A DNA stretch of 64,000 nucleotides from a virus. A model generated the notes under the pieces. That model worked only from the letters and a program-made list of their open reading frames with translations. It had not been told where the DNA came from and made no database searches. The translations under genes were made by a program, and so were the position numbers. Location: positions 5,874 through 69,873 of the IMG/VR virus record IMGVR_UViG_3300021399_000007. The stretch is one strand, 5' to 3'. This document shows, piece by piece, positions 63,774 through 64,000 of the stretch. The first letter of the stretch is position 1; each line of letters opens with the position of its first letter.

Positions 63774-64000
63774 TGACAAAGAAAGAAATGTTCTCCAAAA
63801 TCCGTACTGCTGTTGCTGATAACGCTGAAATGGTTGCTTTCATCGACCATGAGATTGAACTGCTGGAGAAGAAGTCCAGTTCCCCGAAAAAGCCGACCAA
63901 GACTCAGCTTGAGAATGACGGCTTCAAGGCGGAGATTGTCGCCTACCTCACGGATGCTGATGCTCCGAAGAACATCAAGGAACTTCAGGCCGAGGTCGCT
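63774..64000 (+). CDS. KPTKTQ-motif protein, paralogue C (3' end outside the window)
   Basis: MTKKEMFSKIRTAVADNAEMVAFIDHEIELLEKKSSSPKKPTKTQLENDGFKAEI. Promoter ATTGACAAATCAAAAATCTTATGTTAAAAT. Confidence 0.45.

Noticed and set aside
1-64000. CRISPR array, integrase/recombinase, CI-like repressor with peptidase, toxin-antitoxin pair
   Set aside because: I looked for spaced direct repeats, tyrosine or serine recombinase motifs and a LexA-like S24 domain. None were found. The repeats present are promoter/operator modules and segmental duplications, not CRISPR-like.

Overview
The window reads as a large, AT-rich, tailed phage genome segment, probably infecting a low-GC Gram-positive host, because AAGGAG-type Shine-Dalgarno sites precede most genes throughout.

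**Layout.**
- 1-34255 (+): DNA metabolism and replication block. It holds a split topoisomerase II (GyrB-like large subunit interrupted by a group I intron carrying a GIY-YIG homing endonuclease, plus a GyrA-like subunit), NAD-dependent ligase, DnaB-like helicase, DnaG-like primase, Pol III alpha, a Dda-like helicase, a Sak4-like ATPase, a DHH/RecJ-like phosphoesterase, guanylate kinase, dUTPase, anaerobic ribonucleotide reductase NrdD/NrdG, and a PARG-like macrodomain protein.
- 34299-50562 (-): late/structural block with large terminase, portal, protease/scaffold, major capsid protein and tail genes, headed by a protein with a sigma-70 region-4-like HTH.
- 50681-52744 (+): a block of small genes.
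- 52745-53590: about 850 bp of non-coding sequence rich in iteron-like repeats.
- 53600-64000 (+): a higher-GC accessory array of small single-gene cassettes, each with its own sigma-70-type promoter and terminator, including paralogues and duplicated leader modules.

**Main observation.** TAG appears to be a sense codon (inferred Gln) rather than a stop. Many conserved-domain genes are interrupted only by in-frame TAG, never TAA or TGA, with homology continuing on both sides. TAA and TGA are the stops actually used. In-frame TAG is concentrated in late genes, homing endonucleases and nrdD/nrdG, and is absent from the core replication genes and the major capsid protein. No suppressor tRNA, integrase or CRISPR array is visible in this window.

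**Coordinate caveat.** My own coordinates may be off by 1-2 nt where they differ from the supplied ORF track.
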